Shown piece by piece: positions 9,250 through 17,815 of a stretch of DNA of 64,000 nucleotides; the first letter of the stretch is position 1; every line of letters starts with the position of its first letter. Position numbers and translations under genes: made by a program. The notes under the pieces were generated by a model. It did not search any database. It was not told the DNA's origin and saw nothing but the letters and a program-made list of their open reading frames with translations. This DNA is from a virus (lineage: Duplodnaviria; Heunggongvirae; Uroviricota; Caudoviricetes): IMG/VR virus record IMGVR_UViG_2778261223_000007, positions 12,132 to 76,131 of that record; one strand, written 5' to 3'.

Positions 9250-10857
9250 TTACACCTGTGCGACGTTATACCATGTGCCATTGATGTATTTTTGTATTGG
9301 CCTGAAGATGGCTTCATCATCGCCATCTACTTCACCAATGATTCTTAATCCGGTAATTGCGTGTCCGGCTTTTTCATAACGACCACCACGCGCCATCAAT
9401 TGAACAACACGTGTGCCAAGTCGGACATCTCTCACATAGCGTGAGTCAAAATTGCCATAATTGCCGGGAATAACTTGCGCACCACAAAGCCAGTTACCGT
9501 TATTATCCATGTACGCCTGACCATCGGTGCCATTGGCTGTCCTTGAGTTATTAATCATGTAGATGCCAAATTGCTTGTTCCCCAGTCCACCTATCATGAA
9601 CTTTCGGTCGGCGTGATTCTGGCGAAGTAACGCCTGAGCGCTATCAGTGTTAACTATATTTTTCCCAAAGATAGCGTTGTTATCGCGCATCTGAATCCAC
9701 ATACCATTACTGCTGTTAATAGCAAAACGGTCTGAAAGTGTCTCCCCTGAAACATTAAGACCACGTCCCATCGAAACAGCGCCAGTAGCGTTATTAATCC
9801 ATAATGGCCTTAATCCGTTATAAGTCCCCATGTTGTCACCGGAGTTTGTCAACATGAAGTATGTATTTGAACCATCATTACGAATAAAGAATCCGTAATT
9901 ACCATAAGCAATACGTAGGCCGTTTGCTGATTTTGATATGACTTCGCCATTTACAATGGCATTGACAAGAACATACAAAGCATCCCATTTAAGATTCATC
10001 AGGTCTTTTGTTGTGGTACTTTGTTTGCTTCTCCATTTGAAATATTCATTGCCGTTGTCGCCTGTCTCAAACCACATGTATGAATCAGTATCGCTGTCGG
10101 CATCATTTTTAAAACCAATCTTCGCCCAGTCAGTATTCCGAATCCAGGCAAGGATTGAGTCGTTTTCAAAAGTAAGTCCACCGGACAAGGTATCGCCTGT
10201 CTTTTGAACCGCGTTATCAGCCTTGTTTACCGTTTCCTGTAGATTTAAATCTTCCGCCGTTAGCTCAATATTTTTAGAACCGTCAAACGAGACGCCGTTG
10301 ATAGTACATGCTATCTGCAATTTGGTCGCTGTAGCCGCATTACCAGAGGTGTCCTGATTCCCTTTAGCATTGACGCCGGGAACTGAATCTTTTGACGTAT
10401 AGATCTGTGCCCACTCGGACCATGCCGCAGCAGTGCTATCTCTTTTGGATCGAATGAAAGCAGGTGCATGAGCGCCATTTGTGCCACTCCAGCCAATGAA
10501 TAACTCACCTTCGCCAGCAGCGGTGGCACCTTTAAGGTGAAGCACATTGCCATAGGGGGAAGGGTAGCCATTGTTGTATGCCTCATACATCTGCAATCCA
10601 GTAGCAGCACCTTGCGTTGTACCGGTAAGCGCAGTAACGCGTCCTCTAGACGTAATTGTTGGTATCGAAATGTTCGTAGAACCATCGAACCTGACGCCAT
10701 TAATGTTTATGGCTGTTTTTAATTTCGTCGCGGTATCGGCGTTCCCTGTCAGCGCCCCGGTGATCCCGCCGTTGAAAGTCTGGCGTGCACTCCACGTGTT
10801 AGCCGTGCTCAACAGGGGGATCTTTTCACCGCTGGTACCGAGTTCTCTTAAACCAAG
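9250..10857 (-). CDS. alternative tail-fibre variable segment Sv' (no promoter or start of its own)
   Basis: Reading frame runs in frame up to the cix site. Its first roughly 200 aa parallel Sv (STANTWSARQTFNGGITGALTGNADTATKLKTAININGVRFDGS...). It would fuse to Sc after inversion. Confidence 0.85.
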   Translation of the reverse strand, partial: LGLRELGTSGEKIPLLSTANTWSARQTFNGGITGALTGNADTATKLKTAININGVRFDGSTNISIPTITSRGRVTALTGTTQGAATGLQMYEAYNNGYPSPYGNVLHLKGATAAGEGELFIGWSGTNGAHAPAFIRSKRDSTAAAWSEWAQIYTSKDSVPGVNAKGNQDTSGNAATATKLQIACTINGVSFDGSKNIELTAEDLNLQETVNKADNAVQKTGDTLSGGLTFENDSILAWIRNTDWAKIGFKNDADSDTDSYMWFETGDNGNEYFKWRSKQSTTTKDLMNLKWDALYVLVNAIVNGEVISKSANGLRIAYGNYGFFIRNDGSNTYFMLTNSGDNMGTYNGLRPLWINNATGAVSMGRGLNVSGETLSDRFAINSSNGMWIQMRDNNAIFGKNIVNTDSAQALLRQNHADRKFMIGGLGNKQFGIYMINNSRTANGTDGQAYMDNNGNWLCGAQVIPGNYGNFDSRYVRDVRLGTRVVQLMARGGRYEKAGHAITGLRIIGEVDGDDEAIFRPIQKYINGTWYNVAQV

Positions 10858-10868
10858 GTTTAGGATTG
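10843..10868. other. cix recombination site next to cin (TTCTCTTAAACCAAGGTTTAGGATTG)
   Basis: Inverted partner of 6578-6603; shares the core TTCTCTTAAACCAAGGT. Confidence 0.85.
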
Positions 10869-11420
10869 AAATGATGATGCCGGAAACTTCTTATAAAGCG
10901 TGGAAACAGCCACATCATAGATGATTGCAACCTGCTTACGAGGGATGCCCTTCTCCAGCAATCGCCGCATTTGCTGCCATGTTTCTTCTTGGTATTTAGG
11001 CCGACGCCCACCTATACGACCTTCTGCGCGAGCTGCATCAAGTCCAGCGCGTGTACGTTCAATGATAAGCTCACGTTCCATTTCTGCCAGCGCACCCATT
11101 ACGTGAAAGAAAAAGCGCCCCATTGGTGTACTGGTGTCGATGGAGTCAGTGAGACTCCGGAAGTTAATGCCTCTGTCACGCAGCTCTTCCACCAGCACAA
11201 CCAAGTGACGCATGCTGCGCCCAAGGCGATCTAACTTCCATACGACCAGGGTGTCACCTCTGGAAAGAATACGCAGAACCTTTTTTAACCCTGGGCGTTC
11301 AGCCTTTTTGCCGCTCGCCTTATCCTCAAAAATTAGCTCACATCCTGCGCTTTCAAGGGCGTTTCGTTGTAAAGCGGTGTTTTGGTCATTAGTTGATACG
11401 CGAATGTATCCAATAAGCAT
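10860..11420 (-). CDS. cin: serine DNA invertase Cin
   Basis: 186 aa. MLIGYIRVSTNDQ..GDTLVVWKLDRLGRS resolvase/invertase catalytic domain plus a C-terminal HTH; adjacent to cix. Confidence 0.95.
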   Translation of the reverse strand: MLIGYIRVSTNDQNTALQRNALESAGCELIFEDKASGKKAERPGLKKVLRILSRGDTLVVWKLDRLGRSMRHLVVLVEELRDRGINFRSLTDSIDTSTPMGRFFFHVMGALAEMERELIIERTRAGLDAARAEGRIGGRRPKYQEETWQQMRRLLEKGIPRKQVAIIYDVAVSTLYKKFPASSFQS

Positions 11421-11423
11421 ATG

Positions 11424-11448
11424 TCCCCCCTTGTATGTTAAGGGGGGA
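11424..11448 (-). promoter_or_regulatory. hairpin in the cin 5' leader that pairs the G6 Shine-Dalgarno run with a C6 run
   Basis: mRNA sense reads TCCCCCC-TTAACATACAA-GGGGGGA-CAT-ATG. Confidence 0.4.
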
Positions 11449-11472
11449 GATTCTAGAAGATGTCCTGTAAGG

Positions 11473-11493
11473 AAATAACAAACTGACTAAGTT
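11473..11493 (+). promoter_or_regulatory. candidate late promoter AAATAACA-AACTGAC-TAAGTT (dar operon)
   Basis: Motif copy 33 nt upstream of the first dar-operon start codon. Confidence 0.5.
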
Positions 11494-11525
11494 AGTGGCG
11501 CATTAGATGTTATTTCTGGAGGGGT

Positions 11526-11852
11526 ATGTTTGCAGATTATGAAAATCTGGCTGTAGTAGTCATAACATCCCTACTAAGTGGAACCGGCGTATTCCTTCTC
11601 GGAGTTAGAGACGGGCGCATTTCTGCGTCCCTGCTCAATCTTGCGAGTGAATTGTTTACTGCGGTAACAGCCGGGCTTGCGGGGTATGGGGTGGCGGTTA
11701 GCCAAGAATGGCCTGAAGGTATCATTTTCTGCGTTGTTCTGATTGCCAGTAACAACGGTAGTGAAATTTTACAGGGCTTGAAGTCCAGAGCTAGTAACGT
11801 CTTGAATCTCTTAAGCGTAATAGCGAATGGGGGAAAAGGTGGAGAGAAATAA
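11526..11852 (+). CDS. holin-like small membrane protein (LydC position)
   Basis: 108 aa with about three hydrophobic helices; first gene of the darA-type operon. Confidence 0.45.
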   Translation: MFADYENLAVVVITSLLSGTGVFLLGVRDGRISASLLNLASELFTAVTAGLAGYGVAVSQEWPEGIIFCVVLIASNNGSEILQGLKSRASNVLNLLSVIANGGKGGEK

Positions 11853-12298
11853 TGGGTAACTTTGGAAATTATTTCATTTTTATCATGGCATTTGTTGCCA
11901 TCATTGACCGTTTCATTTTTCGTCGCAAGAGTGTTGAGATTTTGAGTATTGGTGACGCTGTAGTGAAAGAATCCGCTATAGCATTTCCTGTTTCGCTACG
12001 TGTTAAGCGAAGCTGGGTGAGCAATGCTCAAATCGAATATTGGTTGCAAGACCTGAAAAATCCATCTGTGGTTATTTCAGGGAAAACGCGACCAGTTGAC
12101 GCCTCAAAACGCGGTGAGAGAGAAGAGTATTTGCTCATCGATACGAAATATCTTGAGCCAACGAAGTGGGATCTGAAAGTCACATTGACTAACGGTAACT
12201 GCCGACTGAATCCGCTTTATCGCATTTTCCCTATCAATGACTGCATAGAGCGCCAATTTACGATCGAAAAGCGTGAAGGAGACTGGGATGTCAAATAA
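11852..12298 (+). CDS. membrane-anchored protein (LydD position)
   Basis: 148 aa with an N-terminal TM helix (NYFIFIMAFVAIIDRFIF); ATGA-type overlap with the upstream gene. Confidence 0.4.
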   Translation: MGNFGNYFIFIMAFVAIIDRFIFRRKSVEILSIGDAVVKESAIAFPVSLRVKRSWVSNAQIEYWLQDLKNPSVVISGKTRPVDASKRGEREEYLLIDTKYLEPTKWDLKVTLTNGNCRLNPLYRIFPINDCIERQFTIEKREGDWDVK

Positions 12299-12908
12299 AA
12301 ATAATTATGTTCTTCTTAATTATGATGAGTTAAACGAAAAGGGGCTGTCAAAACTCGTCAAAGAAATCAGCAAAGGTGGTTACAAGATAGCGAGGGTGAT
12401 CCCTGCAAGTAATGGCAGGAAGAAAGATGGGATCATGACGCGCACGTTTACCCTTATTGGTATTGATGAACAGACAATGGAAGTTCAGGTTAACGATACC
12501 GGTGATATATCTGGGATCAAACTGAATGGTAAAACAGTACCGTTCAAGCCAGTAAAAACAATGTCGGCTTTGGGGCAATCTCTTGCGGCTTTATTTAATC
12601 GTGGAGCAACTTCTTTCCAGAAGTCACTAGCTCGAAAACTTGCTCGTGCAGCAAAAAATATTGATGACGGAAATAAGAAGCGGCAGGGAGTTAAATCTAA
12701 CGCTCAGAAATTAGCTGAAGCGAAAGAATCACGTGATGCACTCCGTGAAGATATCGCTAATGCTAACGACAAACTGTCTAAACTCCAGAGCAAGTCAGAC
12801 AAAGTAATGCAAGATACGGGTAATGTTAAAGCTGCCTTGTCTCAGGAAGTAGCTAAGACACGTGCTCTTAAAGAAGAAATCGCGCGCCTGGAGGATGAGC
12901 ATGATTAA
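12288..12908 (+). CDS. hdf: Hdf-like Dar-system head protein
   Basis: ATG 12288 preceded by GAAGGAG (the ORF track starts at 12273). Coiled-coil C-terminus; directly upstream of darA. Confidence 0.5.
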   Translation: MSNKNNYVLLNYDELNEKGLSKLVKEISKGGYKIARVIPASNGRKKDGIMTRTFTLIGIDEQTMEVQVNDTGDISGIKLNGKTVPFKPVKTMSALGQSLAALFNRGATSFQKSLARKLARAAKNIDDGNKKRQGVKSNAQKLAEAKESRDALREDIANANDKLSKLQSKSDKVMQDTGNVKAALSQEVAKTRALKEEIARLEDEHD

Positions 12909-14838
12909 CAATCCTTTACGAATTAATATTCAGTCTACTTTTGCTGATACGATCCCCGGCTATATGCCAAGTCGCTGGTCTTCAGAAGAATTAAGCGAAG
13001 ATGACCTGATTTTTGAGGCGGCGACCTTAGAAGATATTGAGCTTGCCTATATGGGCAATGAAATTCTGGTTGTGTCTGACGAAGCTATGTTTGAGTCCAT
13101 AACTACAACCAGAATTCGGTTAGCTCAAACAATGCGAGCTTTCGTCCGTGCGCTGAATCGTGGCCTGAATGGTACGAATATTATGGCAGGGACTGATGAA
13201 GCTGGGACCGATGAAAATGGACGTAATTGTATTGGTGGTGCGATTATCGGTCGTGTACGTCGGGTAGCTAATATCCCCGTTTTGACCGCGCAGATACCGC
13301 TTACTGACGGGCAGAGTACAAGCATAATTTTCCACTCTCCAACAGCTGACGGGGCAAAAATAAAGAGTAACGACGAGCTTGTTGCATTTCAGTTTTTACT
13401 TAATAAGCGTAACGTAACTCACGTTGTCGCCCCGATTGGTGGGAGAGATGTTTCTTTAAACCAGGTATGCCAGGCGCTATCTAATTTGATTGAGCGTAAC
13501 AGCGAAAAATTTAAGAAAGCAAAAGAGCGCCAGGACAAAATGAAGGCAGATATTGAGAGTTATCTCAATGAAGCAGATAAACTGGCAGAAGAACGGTCAA
13601 TAATGATTGATCAGGTGGAAGTTGCGCAACGAGGGCTGACTGAAAAGCGTGCTGCTCTTACGGAGATGCAAAAAAAACTTGATTCCCAGAAAGCCATCAA
13701 CGAGGAATTACAAGCAAAACGCGATAAATTGTTGTCTGCTAAAGGTGAAAAAACGAAAGAACGAGCGTTTAGTGACCAGCTGCGACATGTAAAACATAAT
13801 CTTGCCATTGACGGAAAAACAGTGCTGGATAATGGCGCTGAAGTTAATTATGTCACGTCCGGCAGTGATAATTTCGTTACGATAGTAGCACCTGAAGGTA
13901 AATTCAGTATTGATGCCAGTGCTGTCAAAGGAGGCAGTTTGGCAGATGCTGCAACCAAATTACTTAAAGCCTACCGAGAGCATAACGCAGATAAATATAA
14001 AGTTGATGTGTTACCAGGCCAGCAGGAAGACCCCGAACCACCACAGACAGACCCCGAGACGAACCCAGTATCACAACCAGAGAGCCAGGATGTAGGTAAA
14101 TACCACTATGCACTTCAATCTCGCCCGGCTGGTGTTGGTGCTGTGCCGGATGGAAATAAAGCCGTGCTTGATCGTCCTGACCAGGCTGATCAGTATTACG
14201 AATATGCTCGTCACGGTATCATTACGTATGACCGTAAACTGACAGATGAAGAAGTCAGCCAGTACGAGTTGCTCTATCTTCCTGATGAAGATGAGCTGAA
14301 AGATTTTGCAGGCCAATTGGTTGTGTCCAGCATGTCGAAACATATTGATGGCTATGTAGACCTGTTTGGCAGTGACCTGAAAACATTCAAGGCGCAAGTG
14401 AAAATTCTTTTCCGCAAAGCGTTTCCAAACGTGGCGTATCCACTTGGTGATGGGGAGAACCTTTTCATTATGGACGTATATAACGCCCTTCAAAATCATT
14501 CAAACGAAGTAACGCCAGAGCCTGAATTAGCACCTGTAGTTGAGCCAGAATCACACCCACAAACAGCACCAGAGCAACAGCCAACGCCGGAAGACGCTGA
14601 AGAAGCGGCAACTGAAGCTGATCAGGAAGCAGATAAAGCGTTGGAGTACCTTAAATCCGTCCCGGTGCAGTTTACATCTCGCGATCTGACGGTAATCAGT
14701 GCCGAACTTGACCATGTGCAGGAAGCTGCAAACGCTCTTATCAGTGCTGGTCGATACGACGAGAACGAATCAACGGTTGGCGCAGCAGTTGACTACCTGA
14801 TCAACATTCTGGCTGAAATTCAGCAGGGAGGTGCTTAA
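12901..14838 (+). CDS. darA: DarA antirestriction internal head protein
   Basis: ATG 12901 preceded by GGAGGA and overlapping the hdf stop (the ORF track starts at 12862). About 645 aa, close to P1 DarA in size; same operon context. Confidence 0.65.
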   Translation: MINNPLRINIQSTFADTIPGYMPSRWSSEELSEDDLIFEAATLEDIELAYMGNEILVVSDEAMFESITTTRIRLAQTMRAFVRALNRGLNGTNIMAGTDEAGTDENGRNCIGGAIIGRVRRVANIPVLTAQIPLTDGQSTSIIFHSPTADGAKIKSNDELVAFQFLLNKRNVTHVVAPIGGRDVSLNQVCQALSNLIERNSEKFKKAKERQDKMKADIESYLNEADKLAEERSIMIDQVEVAQRGLTEKRAALTEMQKKLDSQKAINEELQAKRDKLLSAKGEKTKERAFSDQLRHVKHNLAIDGKTVLDNGAEVNYVTSGSDNFVTIVAPEGKFSIDASAVKGGSLADAATKLLKAYREHNADKYKVDVLPGQQEDPEPPQTDPETNPVSQPESQDVGKYHYALQSRPAGVGAVPDGNKAVLDRPDQADQYYEYARHGIITYDRKLTDEEVSQYELLYLPDEDELKDFAGQLVVSSMSKHIDGYVDLFGSDLKTFKAQVKILFRKAFPNVAYPLGDGENLFIMDVYNALQNHSNEVTPEPELAPVVEPESHPQTAPEQQPTPEDAEEAATEADQEADKALEYLKSVPVQFTSRDLTVISAELDHVQEAANALISAGRYDENESTVGAAVDYLINILAEIQQGGA

Positions 14839-15212
14839 TGACTATCTCTGTTTTAGACCGTCTGAAATTGGGTAAAGAGCTATCAGATTTAATGCAGGCG
14901 CAGAAAACCGCGCCAGTATTACAACGCGTCGCCATTGGTAAGCAGATTGTCGATCTGATGCTTAAACTGGGGTTGGGTACTGCCGCTCAACCGATGTCGG
15001 AACCGCAACCACAACCACAGTCTGATCCTGTTGCAGATGAAGTTCCTAAGATAGTGACTGACTTCCTGGGCGGCGTGTTCACAAAGTCCACACAAATGGA
15101 ATTTATTGATGCGCTGCGTGGGATCTCAAACTATGTTGGTGAGTTCCTTACGTTGGAGCAGGCTAAAGAGCAGACCATAAGCTGGGTGAAAGCCAACGGT
15201 TATGCCGGGTAA
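14838..15212 (+). CDS. ddrA: DdrA-like Dar-system protein
   Basis: 124 aa; start overlaps the darA stop (TAATG). Confidence 0.5.
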   Translation: MTISVLDRLKLGKELSDLMQAQKTAPVLQRVAIGKQIVDLMLKLGLGTAAQPMSEPQPQPQSDPVADEVPKIVTDFLGGVFTKSTQMEFIDALRGISNYVGEFLTLEQAKEQTISWVKANGYAG

Positions 15213-15215
15213 TCA

Positions 15216-15237
15216 AAAGGGGGTGAAATGCCCCTTT
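15216..15237 (+). terminator. hairpin after ddrA (weak T-tract)
   Basis: AAAGGGG-GTGAAATG-CCCCTTT. Confidence 0.35.
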
Positions 15238-15256
15238 CACTTCTCTGTTCTCACAT

Positions 15257-15277
15257 AAATCACACTCTTTTTACACT
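15257..15277 (+). promoter_or_regulatory. candidate late promoter AAATCACA-CTCTTTT-TACACT
   Basis: Motif copy 30 nt upstream of TTG 15307. Confidence 0.5.
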
Positions 15278-15306
15278 CACAGCTTTCTCTATAGTTGGAG
15301 TGTATT

Positions 15307-16671
15307 TTGAACAAATCAGTTACTTCTGCGCTTTCCGAGGCCGCAGATATTAACAGCGTCATTGCTCTGGTTTCTTCATTAGAGAGGAAAGAAACACGCC
15401 TGGGGCGAAGTAGCTACGTAGTCACCAGCAAAGGTGCAGAGGTAAAGACGGCTTTTAAGGTCGTTGATGCCAGCAGTCTGATCATTTCGAACAACCTTGA
15501 CGGTACGATTAACCCGGCCTTCCCGGAAGAACTCCAACCACGAGATCGTACCCGGCTATCCAGCAAACTCCAGGTTAACCGTATTGCCTCCGATTTACGC
15601 CCGGCACAATTAACGGATTCCGGTATGAGCAGCCACGGAGCGCCGATAGTTGGTCCGGACAACGTTGTTGAATCCGGCAACGGAAGGAGTATGGGTATCT
15701 GGCGTGCCTATGAGCAAGGACAGGCGGATGAGTATCGCCAGTACCTGATCGACCATGCGAAAGAGTTTGGTCTGAATCCTGACGAAATTTCGCAAATGTC
15801 TATGCCCGTACTGGTGCGAGAAAGACTCACAGATGTAGACCGCGCTCAATTTGCCCGCGATTCAAACATTAGCGATCTGCAAGAGATGGCAGCAAGTGAA
15901 AAAGCGTATGCGGATGCGCAATTTCTCACTGAGAGCGTCATGGCGCTATTTAATCCTTCAGATGATGGAAATCTGCTGGCGCGGTCCAATGATGCGTTTA
16001 TTCGTGCGTTTTTGCGCGAAATTGGCGATACAGCGACGGCAGGCTTGCTTACTGCCGATGGGCGTCCCACGAAACAGCTTATCGATCGCATCCAGAATGC
16101 AATTTTTGCCAAAGCGTACAAGGATGAAAGGCTTGTTCGGCTGGTGTCGGAAGAGCCAGATCCGGAAATGCGTAATATCCTGATCGCATTAAATACGGCA
16201 GCCAGCGATTTTGCGCAAATGCAGTCGCTGTCTGGCGATGTTCACCATGACACGGTAACCGGACTGGTAGACGGTATAGAGCAATTGAATGGTCTGGATA
16301 AACAGGCTATTGCAGCGCTACAGGAAGCAATTAACCTTGTTCGTGAAGCAAAAGATAACGGTCAGGCAGTAGAAGAGGTGATCGCACAGCGTGGATTGTT
16401 TGGAGATAGCACTCCGGAAGCAGAAGCGCTTGCTCTGTTTATTGTTGCCAACAACCGAAGCGCTAAGCGAATGGGGGCCGCTTTCAAGAAACTGGCGCAA
16501 AAAATTAACGATGAACTTATTCACCAACAACAAGCGTTAGGCGATATGTTCGGCGGCGGAGATGTCGATCTGCGTAGCATTTTATCTGCCGTTTCTGATG
16601 AAATTGAGACTGAGTTTGGCGAAGGTAAAGGGTTAATTTTTTCTATGTTTGAGCCAACCTCTGTTGGGTAA
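15307..16671 (+). CDS. DdrB-position virion protein with a ParB/Srx-like N-terminal motif
   Basis: TTG 15307 lies 7 nt after GGAG (the ORF track starts at 15295). Motif ELQPRDRTR...VVESGNGRSMGI resembles a ParB-like nuclease fold. Shorter than P1 DdrB as I remember it. Confidence 0.4.
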   Translation: MNKSVTSALSEAADINSVIALVSSLERKETRLGRSSYVVTSKGAEVKTAFKVVDASSLIISNNLDGTINPAFPEELQPRDRTRLSSKLQVNRIASDLRPAQLTDSGMSSHGAPIVGPDNVVESGNGRSMGIWRAYEQGQADEYRQYLIDHAKEFGLNPDEISQMSMPVLVRERLTDVDRAQFARDSNISDLQEMAASEKAYADAQFLTESVMALFNPSDDGNLLARSNDAFIRAFLREIGDTATAGLLTADGRPTKQLIDRIQNAIFAKAYKDERLVRLVSEEPDPEMRNILIALNTAASDFAQMQSLSGDVHHDTVTGLVDGIEQLNGLDKQAIAALQEAINLVREAKDNGQAVEEVIAQRGLFGDSTPEAEALALFIVANNRSAKRMGAAFKKLAQKINDELIHQQQALGDMFGGGDVDLRSILSAVSDEIETEFGEGKGLIFSMFEPTSVG

Positions 16672-16796
16672 CATCAATGTAACTTAATGCTCTTTCTGTG
16701 CGTTCATCACATATCTGAAGATGGGCGCATAATTCATTTTTGTTCCTGTTTAATAATATGTAAACTAGCTGAAAATATAATGAATGAGGATAACCG

Positions 16797-17354
16797 ATGT
16801 CATCATTTACAGATTTGGTTTCAGCTCTTGCATGGCCATTGGTGTTTGTGTGGTTTGTTAATAAGTATGGGGTTGATATTAAGGAGTTAATAGTACGTCT
16901 GAGTAGATTCAAGATTGGAGTAGCTGAAGCTGAGTTTAATGCGGGACTAACCGCAGCAGAAGTATTAGCAACAGATGCATCAGTTGGGAATAGAAATATT
17001 AACAATGGTAATAATAACTCTGAATATATAAATAAAATCGCACAATTAGAGAGAATTGCTGATTTTTCACCTAGAGCTGCTATTATGGAGTCATGGTTGA
17101 TGGTAGAGGAGGCTGCCGGGCGCTCTGGTTTTATACAGGGAGGGTTAAAGCCGAAACGGAATCCAGAACTATTCATTGACTGGTTGATTCAAGAAGGAAA
17201 ACTTGAAGATTCCGCTGCTTTGCTGTTAAAACGGCTTCGCTCGCTAAGAAATGAAGCCGCGCACTTTCTGGATTTTGAAATCACCAGAAATGAAGCTGAA
17301 CGCTATATAAGACTTGCAGCGAAGGTTTCACAACTTATTGTTGATCCAGATTAG
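16797..17354 (+). CDS. membrane-anchored DUF4145-like protein
   Basis: N-terminal hydrophobic helix (LVSALAWPLVFVWFV). C-terminal SPRAAIMESWLMVEE...LLKRLRSLRNEAAHF matches the DUF4145 signature (LR.LRN.AAH). AT-rich by eye. Confidence 0.6.
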   Translation: MSSFTDLVSALAWPLVFVWFVNKYGVDIKELIVRLSRFKIGVAEAEFNAGLTAAEVLATDASVGNRNINNGNNNSEYINKIAQLERIADFSPRAAIMESWLMVEEAAGRSGFIQGGLKPKRNPELFIDWLIQEGKLEDSAALLLKRLRSLRNEAAHFLDFEITRNEAERYIRLAAKVSQLIVDPD

Positions 17355-17398
17355 TTTTACTTACTTAGCTTTGATAATTTATAACATGGAGTATAGTT

Positions 17399-17731
17399 AT
17401 GAGAAATATAATCCTGGTTTGTGCTTTATTAGCTTCTGCATCAGTTTGTGCTGCGCCCTATAAGATAAAAATCCCTTCTGATCCAAAAGCTACTTATACA
17501 GTGCTGGATATTGGTCGTGAAGGTGAATATAAAACTATCATTACAAAAAGGGAAGGCCCATCTGGGACAGCATATTCGAAGAGAATATATAATTGCATGA
17601 CAAATGAAGTGAAGTATCTTGGTTCTGGGGAGACGCTTGAACAGATGAAAAATTCAAAACCTGATCCCAAAATGGGGGGGATTGTAAGTGGTTCCATCGC
17701 TGACTATGTGGGCAGGGAAGCGTGTAAGTAA
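17399..17731 (+). CDS. small secreted protein
   Basis: 110 aa with a Sec signal peptide MRNIILVCALLASASVCA|AP; AT-rich. Confidence 0.6.
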   Translation: MRNIILVCALLASASVCAAPYKIKIPSDPKATYTVLDIGREGEYKTIITKREGPSGTAYSKRIYNCMTNEVKYLGSGETLEQMKNSKPDPKMGGIVSGSIADYVGREACK

Positions 17732-17762
17732 TCATTAACAGCACCAATAAAACTCTCCTATC

Positions 17763-17783
17763 AAATCACATACTGATTATGCT
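17763..17783 (+). promoter_or_regulatory. candidate late promoter AAATCACA-TACTGAT-TATGCT
   Basis: Motif copy 33 nt upstream of the portal start codon. Confidence 0.55.
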
Positions 17784-17815
17784 GCCGCAAAACTGGAAAC
17801 AATTTGCGGTGATTC

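Larger units (their letters stand above)
6591..10856. mobile_element. Cin-invertible C segment (Sv, U, U', Sv')
   Basis: Bounded by inverted cix sites and about 0.6-kb imperfect inverted repeats (about 6604-7210 versus 10250-10857). Two opposed Sv/U cassettes with cin adjacent. Confidence 0.9.

Noticed and set aside
9938-10924. ORFs overlapping Sv' in other frames or on the other strand (9938-10207, 10311-10700, 10571-10924)
   Set aside because: They mirror the spurious ORFs seen in the homologous Sv arm. The Sv' frame is the one conserved with Sv.
16643-17176. 177-aa minus-strand ORF overlapping the DUF4145 gene
   Set aside because: Its sequence is low-complexity. The plus-strand ORF carries a recognisable domain signature and a sensible start.
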